A stretch of DNA of 55,582 bases, filler included, from Sphacelaria rigidula (Eukaryota): NCBI GenBank assembly GCA_964200075.2. It is 5 parts of 5 records of this genome, joined end to end, with 100 filler letters (N's around TTAATTAATTAA, not from the genome) between each part and the next. Parts side by side here need not be neighbours in the genome. Positions count along the whole stretch, not along the records: positions 33,412 to 44,447 come from CAXNAA020005498.1; positions 44,548 to 55,582 come from CAXNAA020005499.1; 3 more parts are not named here. One strand, given 5' to 3'. Shown piece by piece: positions 36,660 to 48,800 of this stretch. A program made the position numbers and the translations under genes. Every line of letters starts with the position of its first letter. The stretch's first letter is position 1. The notes below the pieces were generated by a model. It made no database searches. It had not been told where the DNA came from and worked only from the letters and a program-made list of their open reading frames with translations.

Positions 36660-39600
36660 TACTTAAACTTTACCCGCTAAAAGAGGGTTTGTACGGTACG
36701 GACGCACGGCGATAGGTGTCGTACCATCAGGAATGTAGATTTTGAACGGTATAGTGTTGCAGCGGCCTAAATCTGTCGACGATTTGGAAAACGGTTCACA
36801 GTATCGTATCAAGATGGGGTACAACCGATCAATCACAGGGGATGTCCAACCCTCACCAGATAAATGAAACGCAATGTGTCTCAAATGGGGGGGAATTTCA
36901 TCCCATAATCGTTGACAACTAACACGTTGCTCTGGCGAGAATGTATCTAGTAAGGCAGTCGGAGGGTTTGTGGCAGGCGTACCAGTCGATTCGTCTACAA
37001 CCATGGGGTCAGTCTTGTCGAACGAAGTGGAACCGTTTGTCTCTAAGCTGTCTCATGATGTTTGCGGTGGCACCTTCAGACATACATTCGATAAGGCTGC
37101 CCGTAGGAGGGGTGCTTGAGCAAAACCCAACAACTGACCAGGGAGGACATCGAGACATGCAGAGGACCTGAGAGGAATGGATTGCCGACCCTCATGGACA
37201 AATACACCGGTCTGATCAAAGGGGGGAATACTGTCTGGGGTTTGGTTGGGATTGGTTAAGTCGACCAAGTACTGTCCAGTGAGGGCGGGGATCCGTTCCG
37301 TCTCACAAGATTCACATGGATGTGTTGAGGTTCACGGGACAGAGAGACGACGTGGTCTCCAACATAATACAGTCGAAAAGCATCACCTGTTTGTGTTGGG
37401 TCATCGACATGGGCCTGAGCTCCTGAATCAGCGTCGTGATGTCCCAATTTTAATCTGCCTGTCAGTGGTCGGTGCAAAACAGGTGAGTTTGTCGTGTATT
37501 TATGTGTGGAAAAACACAGCCAGCTATCACGTCCTAAGAGAACATCAACCGACATGGAACCATCGGGCACAATGACTTACCACACAGCCGATCGTGCTGT
37601 GGGATCCGTGTCATTGAAGAATTGCACACTGAGTCATACTGATTGATCAACCGTAAGGGGAGTGGAGGCACCAAACCCGCCAAAAACACGAGGGGGAACA
37701 GTAGAAAGGCAATGTTTGTCTGCTGCTCCAGCGTTCATCATGTGTTGCCAGCAGCTGGCTGTGATGAAAGTTTATGGCGAGCCAGTGTCGGGCAGGGCAA
37801 CGGCCATCAAAGGGCGTATTGCATGCACTCCACTATGTACACCTATTCGGGTTGTGGAGGAGGCATCATCCATGAGTGCAGTTCCACTTACCAAGTCCGA
37901 TCCAAGTTCCGACAAATCAATTATTGATCTGCAGCCACATGTGTTATTGGGCAATGGTACTAAAATAGGCTCGAGATTGATCCTCCGGAACGAATGTGTG
38001 TTTCCGGAGGGTCGTCGTGGCACGGGGGGTTTTGTAGGGCATATGGTGCAGTAGACGAAAGTTAGATTTCGTATACAGTCAGGGATGGACGGTGCCTAGG
38101 AAAGGAAGTGAATGTGGATGTTTGCAATAATCGTTTGAAGCTATGAGAAACAGGGGAGAAACCGTCCTGATTGGACTGCAATTTTGACGGCACAGCCGGG
38201 TTTTGTCCGGCGCCATGAGACATACATGCAGGGCGTAGCGGGTTTACTGTCCCAACAGTTGTCAACGCTACTTTATTCCTCAACATAGATTCCGAGGGGT
38301 GGGCAGGAAGCGGTGCTGATCTGTTCGGGATCTGGGAAACACCGATCTGTTCTACGGCAAGGCCTTCATCCGCTGTGCCTGGCACCCGGGCACCTTCTTG
38401 GTGGGCGGATGCAGCGGCAACTACAGGTTTATTTACAGTGTCATCCGGTAGAGCCTTCTCCTGGTGTTGCGTATAGAGCACGCTAGAGCCGGCTGTTCCA
38501 GGGGTTTTGGGAAAGTTGGCAAGGTCAGTCCGTTCGTGGCTACACGCGTGGCGCTTGGTCGGCACTGTCGCTTGGGGTTCCTTCCCAACCCGCTGAGCTA
38601 CGGAAAGCAAGGGTTCGGTACTGGCGCACGTAGTGCACGAAAAATTACGCTCACCAAATAAAAGGGGACCGGGCACACGCGGAATTTCGCACGCATGTGT
38701 TACCGGGTTCGACTGGACTCCTGAGTCCTTCTTGGGACTGGGGAGTCTCTGTAAACGTTTCATCCTACGATGAACGGTCGTAGGGGTGACAGCTACCGTA
38801 TCAGAAGATGTTCCTGCTTCTAAGGCGGTAGGCGCCACGCTACACGACTGCCGATTCCGCGGGGCGATCAGATCCAACTGGCATTGCTTACTACCACTCG
38901 GAAATACAATTGGGTTATCAGATCCAGTATGAAAACAGTGGGGTTGGTCATTGCGCATTTGGGAGTCATGCAATGTTGCACGGGACTGTGCTGTCATGGA
39001 ACTCGTCATGACAGAACGGTCAACGCTAGCGTACCCACACCACAAGCGAGAACCCACGCTGGCCGATGAGGATTTTGTTAAGTGGTGATGGTGCACTGGC
39101 TGAGTGAAAGAAAATACATTGCCGCGGGTTGTTGTTGAGGGTTGTTGGGACCCGACTGTGGACCTGTGGTCGCAATGGGGTTTGAAGTAGAAGTGTTATC
39201 AAAATGTAAAGAGGGTGACGGCGAAGTGTTACAAGCGGTCACACACGTAGAGGTTCCCCGTCGGTGATTTGGAAACGCGGGGTGTTGTGCGTTTCCCAAA
39301 CACCGTCAGGTGGTAAGTTTGGCATCGGTAGTATTGTGGGTTCCATTCTGGCGGGCTGTGTTCGGGGCAGTAGATGTGTTTGTTGGGGGCTAGGCGTACT
39401 AGTGTTTATCGACACTCACGTCCCTGTAAATACGTCCTGCAACGACGCTCTCATCAACATCACAACGTTCTGGTTTGTTTGTTCATCACTCGTCTCACTA
39501 CGCGTGGTTGATTTGTGCGGTCGGTCACCACTGTCTGTAGGGAGTGCACTGTCCTTCGTGACATCGTGCTCCGATGAAGTCGAGGGGCGGTTGATATCAG

Positions 39601-40249
39601 AAATGGCTTGTACCCGTGCGCAATTGCGCGAGATCGTTAACGTAGAGATGCGGGGTTGAAAAGTGAACGCTTCGTCGCAGGAGACAGCACAGTTGTTGAG
39701 GACTGCGCCGGAGCGAACAAAAATAAAAGAAATACAGTGGCAGGGTACTGTCGACAGTTTTCGATCGACATGTAGGCCCGCGCACTCCGCACGTGTAGTG
39801 GTCTATCACCTTTTTTATCAGGTGCAGACGAAAGGGGAAAATGTTTATATATATATATATGTCGAAGGCACACAACAAACCGTATGTGTGTGTGTTGAAA
39901 TAAATTGTAACAGCGAGAGACAAGAAAACGAAGGTTGTCACAATCAACATACAGTGTCTGTCACCAGCGCAAGAGCGCATTAACAAACTTGCATGCCACG
40001 AAGGAATAGACGTGTGGGATGCAGCGAACAGCAACGTCAAACCGCTCAGTTCTATTTTGAGAACACGTTGAGGACGAAAAACAAAATAACTACCGGATGC
40101 CGTGTGTCTAGAGGCAATACCACCGCAGTTGGCGATACTTATTACAGTCCCGCGTAGTTCGCGGAAAATCGCCGAGTCGGGGGTCGATGGCGTGTCATCG
40201 TGAAGGTGAACAGTCAATAAATGTACAACCGCAACGGTAATACAAATAT

Positions 40250-41109
40250 GCAGTGCAGTACAACAGCAGCGTACAAAGCCCAGACAGCAAAATGAGCTTT
40301 GCGTGGGGTAGCCGAGGGTCGGGTCAATGGTGCTGTACCGACGTCAATTCGTTCGTATTACACGAAGAACACCCGACACCCGCTATATCCGCGCCGTGTT
40401 CATATCTACAATGCAATATAGATGATTTCGTTCAGATAGTGCAGCAGTAACAACGTATGCACACCACGGTACATCGCCGTCCGCAACACATTGCCCGCCG
40501 AGACCGTTTGGAACTCAGACGGTACTAGAGAGATGGTGTGGACGAGTTGTCCATACCGGAGTCCACGAAATGGACTGGATGAACACAGGACCTTGGCAAG
40601 AGGGTGGTATGTAGTGTTATCACGGATGTTCGGTTCACATACGTTGTACAGGGTGGGGTCGGATGATGTACAGTCAACACCCAGGTTGGGCACAAAAAAA
40701 GTGTGCTGCACGGTGAGCATATCTTGAGACAGCAAGAGACGGTCAACACTAGCTACTGAAGAAGAAAAGGCCGACGGTACATGCGGCGGGGTGGGTGTAG
40801 CGAAAAGGGATGCACGCTGACACAGTGCCGGTGGTGGTAGAAAAGAGTTGGTAGTCGGTAATGTACGGCCAGCTCATGTGGGAAAGATATAACGGGGGCA
40901 GGCCAGTCACGGTATCAATTGGACTCTAAATGATGAATCGCATCCGCTACAGAGTAGATGGGTGTCATTACTGGGGCGGGTGCCACAGAGAGGCAGCGGG
41001 GACGAGCAGGGGAGGATGGTGGGGGGCCAAGTGCTATTGCTCCAGTACATTCGCGTCGGAGTCGGCGCAGGGTACGAGCGTCTAGTGTATCAGAGGCACT
41101 TGAACTCAT
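40250..41109 (-). pseudogene. Possible degenerate ORF upstream of pol, no recognisable Gag motif
   Basis: ATG at 41109 (MSSSASDTLDARTLRRLRRE) and protein-like fragments (40406-40735) broken by stops/frameshifts. Confidence 0.35.
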
Positions 41110-43784
41110 GTTGTCAGGGATACATAACAGAGCAACGGCTACATACAGCTAGACGGTGAACAAAAAAAATAGATGCGCATGCAAGGCACACAGTGGTATT
41201 GTAGTACACACGACAGCTCCGCAGTCCGAACACAACGCATCTCAAAATAAAGTACAGCAGAGGCAGTGCGGGAGCTCCAACTGTGATGTGATAAGGGTGA
41301 AGCACCTTGGGAAGGGTGTAATGGTGTTCACCACGATTGTTCCAGGTTCAGACCTCAGTGTACGTTGTTTGTTTACTCAGCTCAGCAGCGCGGGCTGACC
41401 ACAGTCGCTATCATGTATTTCACACAAGGAGACAGCAAGCAAATACAGACCAGAATAGCACCCTTTTATCACGCAATTGATTGCATCCAACTTCATCTAC
41501 AGAACAGGGAGATACAAGACAAACCGAAACAAGCCGAAACCCCAATCAATAAAACACACCAGACAAAACAGCAGCCCGACTACTGCTCTTATCTCTGGGA
41601 CTCACTTTCTCGCGGTTTGTATATACTCCAATGAGAAAACTGGTGGATCGCAGCCAAAAACCGGATATGAAAAGAGAGTGACACTCGTTGGGGCTGCTTA
41701 CAGCTTCAAACGTGTTTCGCCGCTTCCTAATCATCATAAACTGAGGCCAAACCATAAAATCCAAGAGCCGATCTCCTCAATTCATGCATTGGTTGGGCCA
41801 CCACCTTTTTCGAATTCAAATACAACATCCTCTCCGTAGAACGTCAACCTCAAGGGGCAGCCAATTCTCCGCTATTTGAATATGAAAATGTCCATCATTC
41901 AATGTCATATTTGCCAAAGACCATGGCTACGTCTTGCCGTCACATCATCTCACACTAGCCTCCAATGGGTAAAGCAATCGCAGGAGAACGCAGTGAAACG
42001 AGGTTGCTTTACCCACACATTCCATTCCCCCACACCACAGAAATATAAAAAAAAAACACCACAATAAAAAGAAAATGTGAGACGTTAAAGGGAGTACTGT
42101 GACAGGGACTTAAAGGGCGACACGATAACTTGAAAAAAAATCCGAAGGGTGTGAAAAACCCAAGAATCGACAACCCTCGAAAAAATAGCGCCGGAAGCTA
42201 CGAAATATTCGGGAATCCAGGACAAATCCTCCATAAGAGCTGGAGCAGCGAAAAAAACAAGCCGGTAGTCCATCCGCTACAAAAGCTTGATATAATGCTT
42301 AACTGCTATCATGCGAAGAGGAAATCATGTCCAATACACGTCCAGTTCCGTTGTGAGAGTTTTTTCAAGCAGCCCGCCAAGGCGTTTCACAGTACCGGGG
42401 AAGCACAAACGATCGTACACTTCTTTCATCAGTAGAACCCAACAGTGTTGAATGCTCAAGCGGGAAAACAAAATCGCTGAGCGGAAGACAACGGGAACCA
42501 AAATCAACATGCAGCCGTGATGCAACATGATGCACCAACGTGACGATGAAGGGCGGCCCATCGAATTGAAAAGGTGCCCGTATCGTCCCACAAAGCGTCA
42601 ACGAATAACACTCAACCGTAGGAGATAAATCCAAGGCGGGTAATCCGATGCGTTCGTGGTGAACCACGGCAAGTATACAGAAAGAGGGGCCGATGCGGTC
42701 CGCTCTTAGATACATGCCCGTTCAGACGAGAAAATCGAAAGGGTGTGCATACAAACGGAAGGATAAACTCCCGCCGAGCACATCAACACGATAATTCGCC
42801 AGCAATAACCTTACAACAAAAACGAACCACCGTATTGATTTCCGAAGTGGCGGACCGGATGTACGACCTCGAGACTGCGAAAAACAAAACGATTTGTTTT
42901 TTTTGGCGGACTAGTGTAGGGGGGAATATAGCCGAGCAACGGAACTGAACATAATCCAAGAGAAAAGAAATATCCCCGAACATGGGACACCTGATACAGC
43001 GAGCAATTACAAAGAATTTGCGACGGTACTCAAGAAGAGGGCTTGTTGGACATGCAACACATAACCCGGTCATCGAAAACCAACGTGAGTCCAACGGTAT
43101 TAAGCTATCCAAAACAATTAAAAAACACAAAATAAAGAAAAAACTAGAGGGGAAACGAATAACAGGGTACGCCGAAAGAACCAGTCCGTTGGAGAGGTTG
43201 ATGGCGTACGTGGTTCGGCAATCGCACACACCGAGTATTTGCCCCGGAAAGGGGTTGGTACGGGGCGTGCTGAAGAATACCAACGGTGTGCGTTGGCCGC
43301 CTCCGAATACAAACAAAAGAAAAATTAAAGATAAAAACAAGGAAAACAGGTGATCATGCAAGGAAGGAAGAAGGGGAAACAGGACAGAACAAAAAAAGAA
43401 CAGAAAACAAAAAAGCTAACAAAAACAAGAAAAAGAGAACAAAAGCTTCATACAGGAACAGGCATACGCGGCAACGATTCACTACAGAACACAGACATAC
43501 GCGGCTACTGGGTACTGCCGAGGGAAACGTGAGCAACCGGGCTACACGGGTTTCAAGAAAACGAGACCACGAGAGGACAAGGGGAAGCAGGGGGAAATTA
43601 AAAAAAAAACACGACGAGACCAGGGGGACAACGATTGGCGGTAAGGAAAAACGCAGACAACCGACTCACAACGGTACGTGAGAAAACGACACCAACGACA
43701 AGACAAAAACAAGGGGGGGGGGGATTTCAAAGAACACGAATAAATCGGAAGGGACGAAATTCGCTATCAAGATTATTCCGTGTC

Positions 43785-44447
43785 CTACGCCGTGTCGGGG
43801 TTACGCAAGACAGCTGTGTCGATGTCCCCTTTGTCGTGTCGTTGCAGGCACCAAGATCCTCGGCGAGCGGTCGGCATCTCGATTTAGTAATCGTCGTGGA
43901 GACGGATCTTGAGAGGACCCGGATCATCGAGGAAGCGGATGTAGTAGGAATCATCCGCCTCGGGATCTATCAAATGAATCTTCCCCAGCCACCACCGCAA
44001 ATCCATAGCCCTGTACCAAAAATATGCACCTTTCGGCAAACGTTTCTTCGAAAAAGAGCGCAGGTATTGCGAACGAGAAATGAGACTATAGCCCGAAATG
44101 ACAAAGCGTGCCGAGTGTTCTCGGGCCAGTTCACGAGCTGCCGCGCCTTTTCGCATAGACCGATATCGTTTGTTCAACGGGCGGTGTTGGACGACATCTC
44201 CGACCCAATATAAAAGTATCTCTCTTCGAAAATGACGCAAATCCTCCTCCCGTTCCCACGTAACACGCATGAGACCTTTCCAGTGAGTCTGATACATAAC
44301 CGCAATTTTACCGCCGCGACCGCGAACTAATTGGTGGCCCGAGATGCGATCTACCACTACACGTTCAAGAGGACCGTCAGCGTCTTCAACCGTCATGTGG
44401 TACGGTGGGGATTTTGCCGCATACCTGGTGAGCACATACTGACTGAG
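43785..44447 (-). pseudogene. Integrase C-terminal region with chromodomain and a further beta-rich module
   Basis: VVVDRISGHQLVRGRGGKIAVMYQTHWKGLMRVTWEREEDL fits the chromodomain pattern; the frame continues past the TAA at 43884 as IEMPTARRGSWCLQRH...RNPDTA. Confidence 0.75.
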
Positions 44448-44547
44448 NNNNNNNNNNNNNNNNNNNNNNNNNNNNNNNNNNNNNNNNNNNNTTAATTAAT
44501 TAANNNNNNNNNNNNNNNNNNNNNNNNNNNNNNNNNNNNNNNNNNNN
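44448..44547. other. Artificial contig-joining spacer
   Basis: N44-TTAATTAATTAA-N44. Confidence 0.98.
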
Positions 44548-44594
<47 letters not shown>

Positions 44595-44685
44595 GGGGGG
44601 GGGGGGGGGTGGGGTTTTGGGTACTCATTTGTTGCTTGCCTGAGTCGTTTGACCATCGACCACGCATCCCTCTCGAGACGGAGCA
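44548..44685 (-). mobile_element. Poly(C)-tailed short retroposon with a long tail running to the contig end
   Basis: More than 60 nt of G-rich run followed by gtactcatttgttgcttgcctgagtcgtttgaccatcgaccacgcatccctctcgagacggagca. Confidence 0.8.
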
Positions 44686-45883
44686 TTGTCTAAGCAGAGG
44701 GGAGGGGGGGGGGAACTGATAACACGATCATGATGAATCAATCATGGCAATTGAGAGAATTCTCGAAGATCAAACCGTTTGATGGCGAGGCGCTGTACAG
44801 TAGTAGTTAATGTGAGATCCCTATGCCTTGAATCTTGGATGACGAATTTAAATGGTCTACGTGTAACGTTTGCAAGCAGATACCACCCAAAAAGAGCTCA
44901 AGAGCAGGCAGGGGTTGTTGATAAGCACAACCTCGAAGCTCAGATCGCTTCTGTTTTCTTTTTCTTTTCCATCGGTTAACCTTGTTATCCAGACCCGCGG
45001 TCGATCGCTAGAAAACCCGCAGCACACAACAAAGCCAACACATACACTCCTTCTTCGATGGGGGGCAGGCCACTGCTCGAAAAATGACCTCATAACCTAT
45101 TTTGTTGGAAAATGGCAAGAATTAGTCCGCACGGGAACGCTGAGTCAGAGGTGAACCCCTCCACCGTGCGCTGCTGTATTTAGGTCTCCACAAATAGCCC
45201 TGACCTCGACGCAGAAAAGTCCATCAAGGATATGTTATGTAGGTCAGATTCTCAGAAAAATCAAAGATATTAAAAATACAATTCAGGGCAATAGTACCCG
45301 GCGATCCTGTTTTCTGCAGGCTTGAGTGAAAAAATTGAACCGAAATATATATTTCTTCACTAGAGGACATCTCATCAGACGATGAAAACATTATTTCCGC
45401 AGGAATACCAACGTCCATACCCTTCACAGACCCCCCCCCCCCCCCCCCACCCACAAAGAAATAAACGAACAAGCAGTGGTACGAGACTTACCCCGGACCA
45501 TCATACACTCACAGGAGGCGGCCCTGTTTTATACGAACACAGCGTGTGCGATCCCATTATGAGATAAAATTCTTGCTATAAGCGCCGTGTAGGGGAGGGA
45601 ATCATGAGGCTTGAGTGAAAAGGCAGCATCTGAATGAAGTATGACCTGAAAAAAGTACCGTCGTGTCCCCCACTTTTAAGGTCATGCTTCATTCAGGTCC
45701 CACTTGGTGGCGATGGAAATCGGCTTGCACTACTATTCGTACCCCCGAAGGTGGAACTCAAGGCGGCAACATTTTGCTTGCACTCTATCGTATTCAAGTG
45801 CGCCCCCCATATATATGCTATGCGTTTTGACGCCACCAGGATGCTTTGGATAGGGAGTACACACAAAGCACATATATACAGAC

Positions 45884-48800
45884 CTTGATGCTCATCTGCC
45901 AAGCGTTCCCGAAGGTGGCGTGGATGAGCGATACGGCTGTCGCCCAGCACGTCTGCGCCAGTAGCGGCTGCTTGATTCTGTGGAGAATGACACTCGTCGG
46001 TAGTGTCCGCACGTTATGCAACCATGCTGCAGAAGAATACCGCTCGGCTGCACAGGCGACATGCAACATGCGGGAACGATGGGGGGCGATAGGGGAGCGA
46101 CAGGGGGGGGGGGGAAGGGGGTGCACTCATTCGTTGCTTGCCTTAATCGTTTCACCATCGACCACGCGTCCCTTTCGAGACGGAGCACCGTTCCTACTCC
46201 TAATTGAGACACCTTCAACATTCCGGCGCTCATTACATTTCTTCCATACATGACACAAAAACATTTTTACATATCTTATCCCCGCCCTGTTATGCCGTCT
46301 GTGGCGACCATCTATCTCCTAGCATTGCCATCGTTTTCTCCCTACTGTCTAATGCATCAAACGATTCCGTGCCATCTTCGTTCACGTCCCTCATTTCCCC
46401 CTCGAGCACGTCCTGTTCCTCCTTGCATAGTCCACATTCTGCCATTATCTGACTTCTGCTCTTTGTTGCTTTGCCACAGGGGCAAGTCTGTGCATTTACT
46501 TCCTCCTCCTCTCGATTACTCGTGGGCGATGGGGGGAGGGGCTTTTTATCCACTCACGTTTACTCTATGAAGAATAAAGAAGACAAACAAAAGCATCTTG
46601 CGAGGTGCAGCAGGGGTGACTGTGCTACCCCCATTTTGTCCCCAATACTACAGGGGATGCCCACCGTGGGTGCTGTATGGAGCCATATTACTTAGAGGTG
46701 GATGCCAACGACCAGGTTTAATTGACTTGCGTTTGTGTACAACCCCCCAGGATACTACCACAAGATCCCGTTGATTTTTTACCGACAAAATCTCGACTGT
46801 AAACTTCGAAGCAACGGAGTTTTTGGAGATGTTGCTTCTGCCGGCGCTTGAGGATGAGATGTAGGCTGGCTATTCGGATCGCCCGCCCGAGATGGCTGAC
46901 GTATACTTCGATAAATCTACGGAGACCGCGCGTTGGGTTTGATGAGGAAAGGGTTAGGGCAGGATTGGCGGCTGGGGTCGGGGACGGAGTCCGTCGATGT
47001 TGGAGCGGGCAAGAAGGGTGGGGGGGATCACATGGCCATAAAGAATTATACTCCAGTTTTTTTCGGCTGTCTTCAACCGTAGTTGGGTGTATGCCGCCCA
47101 TGTATGATACATGCGAGTAGCGTCGACACTTTCTACGATGGCCTCCCCCCCAAACCAGCCCAAAAGTTTCAAAAGAAAAATGGACACACAGCGCCTGATG
47201 TTTGGGTTCAGGCTGGATGAAGCACCTGATATGGGCGACATTGGCGAGAACGAACCCAAGCGTGGGAATTCCCAGCTGCTCGTTGTGCTTGGCTTTTCCC
47301 ATTTCGATTGACGTTAAGATTTCTCCTCCCAAAACCAGGCACTTTTGGGGAGGAGGGGGGGGGGCTATCGTAGAGAGGGTCCTTCTCAGGGTGAACATAT
47401 CTTCCCGTCGGGGGATGCTGTCAAAATTGCACACCTTGGACAATACATGGTCAAAAGATGCAATAGACAAGAAACGTACTGTATGAGGTATAGGCCTATT
47501 GCGACTATTGCCGGCCGAAAATAGTCGCAATAGGCCTATACCTCATACAGTACGTTTTTTTCTGTCTATTGCAACTATTGACCATATTTTGTCCAAAGTG
47601 TGGAAACTGTCTGAACTCCAAAGCGCGTCGCGATCGCGTCGGTCGAATCGTAGATTCAAACAGGCAAAAACGCAAATAGCATCGAATCCCAGATCCGGTT
47701 TTGTCCACAGCGAATATTGCACCAAGGCGAAGGCACCAAGTACGTGTTGTTTTTCGATATTTCGGCAGCGAGTGCGTGTTGTTTTGTTCAGTGTTGTAAA
47801 CGGCGGCACAGCGGTAATTCCCAATCCATCAGGCAGTGCGTACAAAGTACAGTGCCAGCATTTCTCCGTCCAGTATAGTACTACACTGTTATACTACGCA
47901 AGTGTTATCTCTGCTGAATATCGATGATGACCAACAATCCCGACGCCATCCCGCCTGCTCAAGCCTCCACGTGTCGAAAATGCAATACGCACTGTATCAG
48001 GGGAACTCCGACCCCGATCCACAGACCATAAATGTGACTAAAATTTTATATAATTCATAATAATATAATTAATTAATTGATTGATTGATTAAAGATTAAT
48101 TGAGGATGGATGGTTGGACGGTTGGATGGATTTTTATTTTTGGACAAGGGAAGGACAATCAGGACAATATAATGGGACAAAATTGTAGTTTCCCCCGCCC
48201 AAAGAAGACAGACATGCATAGTGCTCTGTTCACCAAATGACACACTGGACAACGGATGAGATTTTCATCACTGCGTAAAGTATGGAATCTATTGTTCATT
48301 GCATGAGACGAAGTAGTCAATACCGTACGCAGTACACTTTTCGACGACGTAATCTACCGTCGTTATCCAGGATGTGCACCAAATATCCCGCTTATGGTGA
48401 CGTGCTACTATTTACAAGCAAAAAAGAGTTACGTGTGTGTGTATTGTCATCCCATCTATCTTACACTCTAGTCTAATATATCTTATCTTCCGGCATATTC
48501 AGGCGCATCAAGGCGGGGTCACCGTGGTCACACAGGAGGAAACGCAGTTTTTCTTTTCATTATGTTCACGTCTGTTTCGTTCTTGTCCCCCACCTTCCTT
48601 GCGCGGTGTTTGCCTCCGTTTGTTATGGCGAGAAGGATTCAGCGGTCCATTATCCTCGTTGCCCGTTGAATTGATTTGTTGGCTTCCCATGACATAGTCG
48701 CTCTTCAACTTCTGTTGGGCATAGTGTGAGAAAAATCCCAGATCGTGCGACTTACCCAAGATTCGAACCAACGTTCCAACCAGCACTATATCGGTATTCC

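Larger units (their letters stand above)
33412..39650 (-). mobile_element. Degenerate Ty3/gypsy retrotransposon pol region (PR-RT-RNase H-IN)
   Basis: Order on the minus strand: protease-like VALPDTGSP (~37775-37800), RT (WASPLAVVRKK, PLPRIDE, FDMQSGYHQ, PQG, YLDD; 36659-35950), RNase H (LHTDSSKIGFG, EQEAGAIVW, HTDHKSL, NANADFLSR), integrase HHCC and core (DYFGPL, SDNGPHF, GTERVNHT). Multiple in-frame stops and frameshifts. Confidence 0.95.

Noticed and set aside
41380-41405. Primer-binding site TGGTCAGCCCGCG
   Set aside because: Not preceded by a CA LTR end, and the tRNA match cannot be verified here.
46718-47530. 270-aa ORF as a gene
   Set aside because: Runs through a MITE and a palindrome within an intron; no protein motif.
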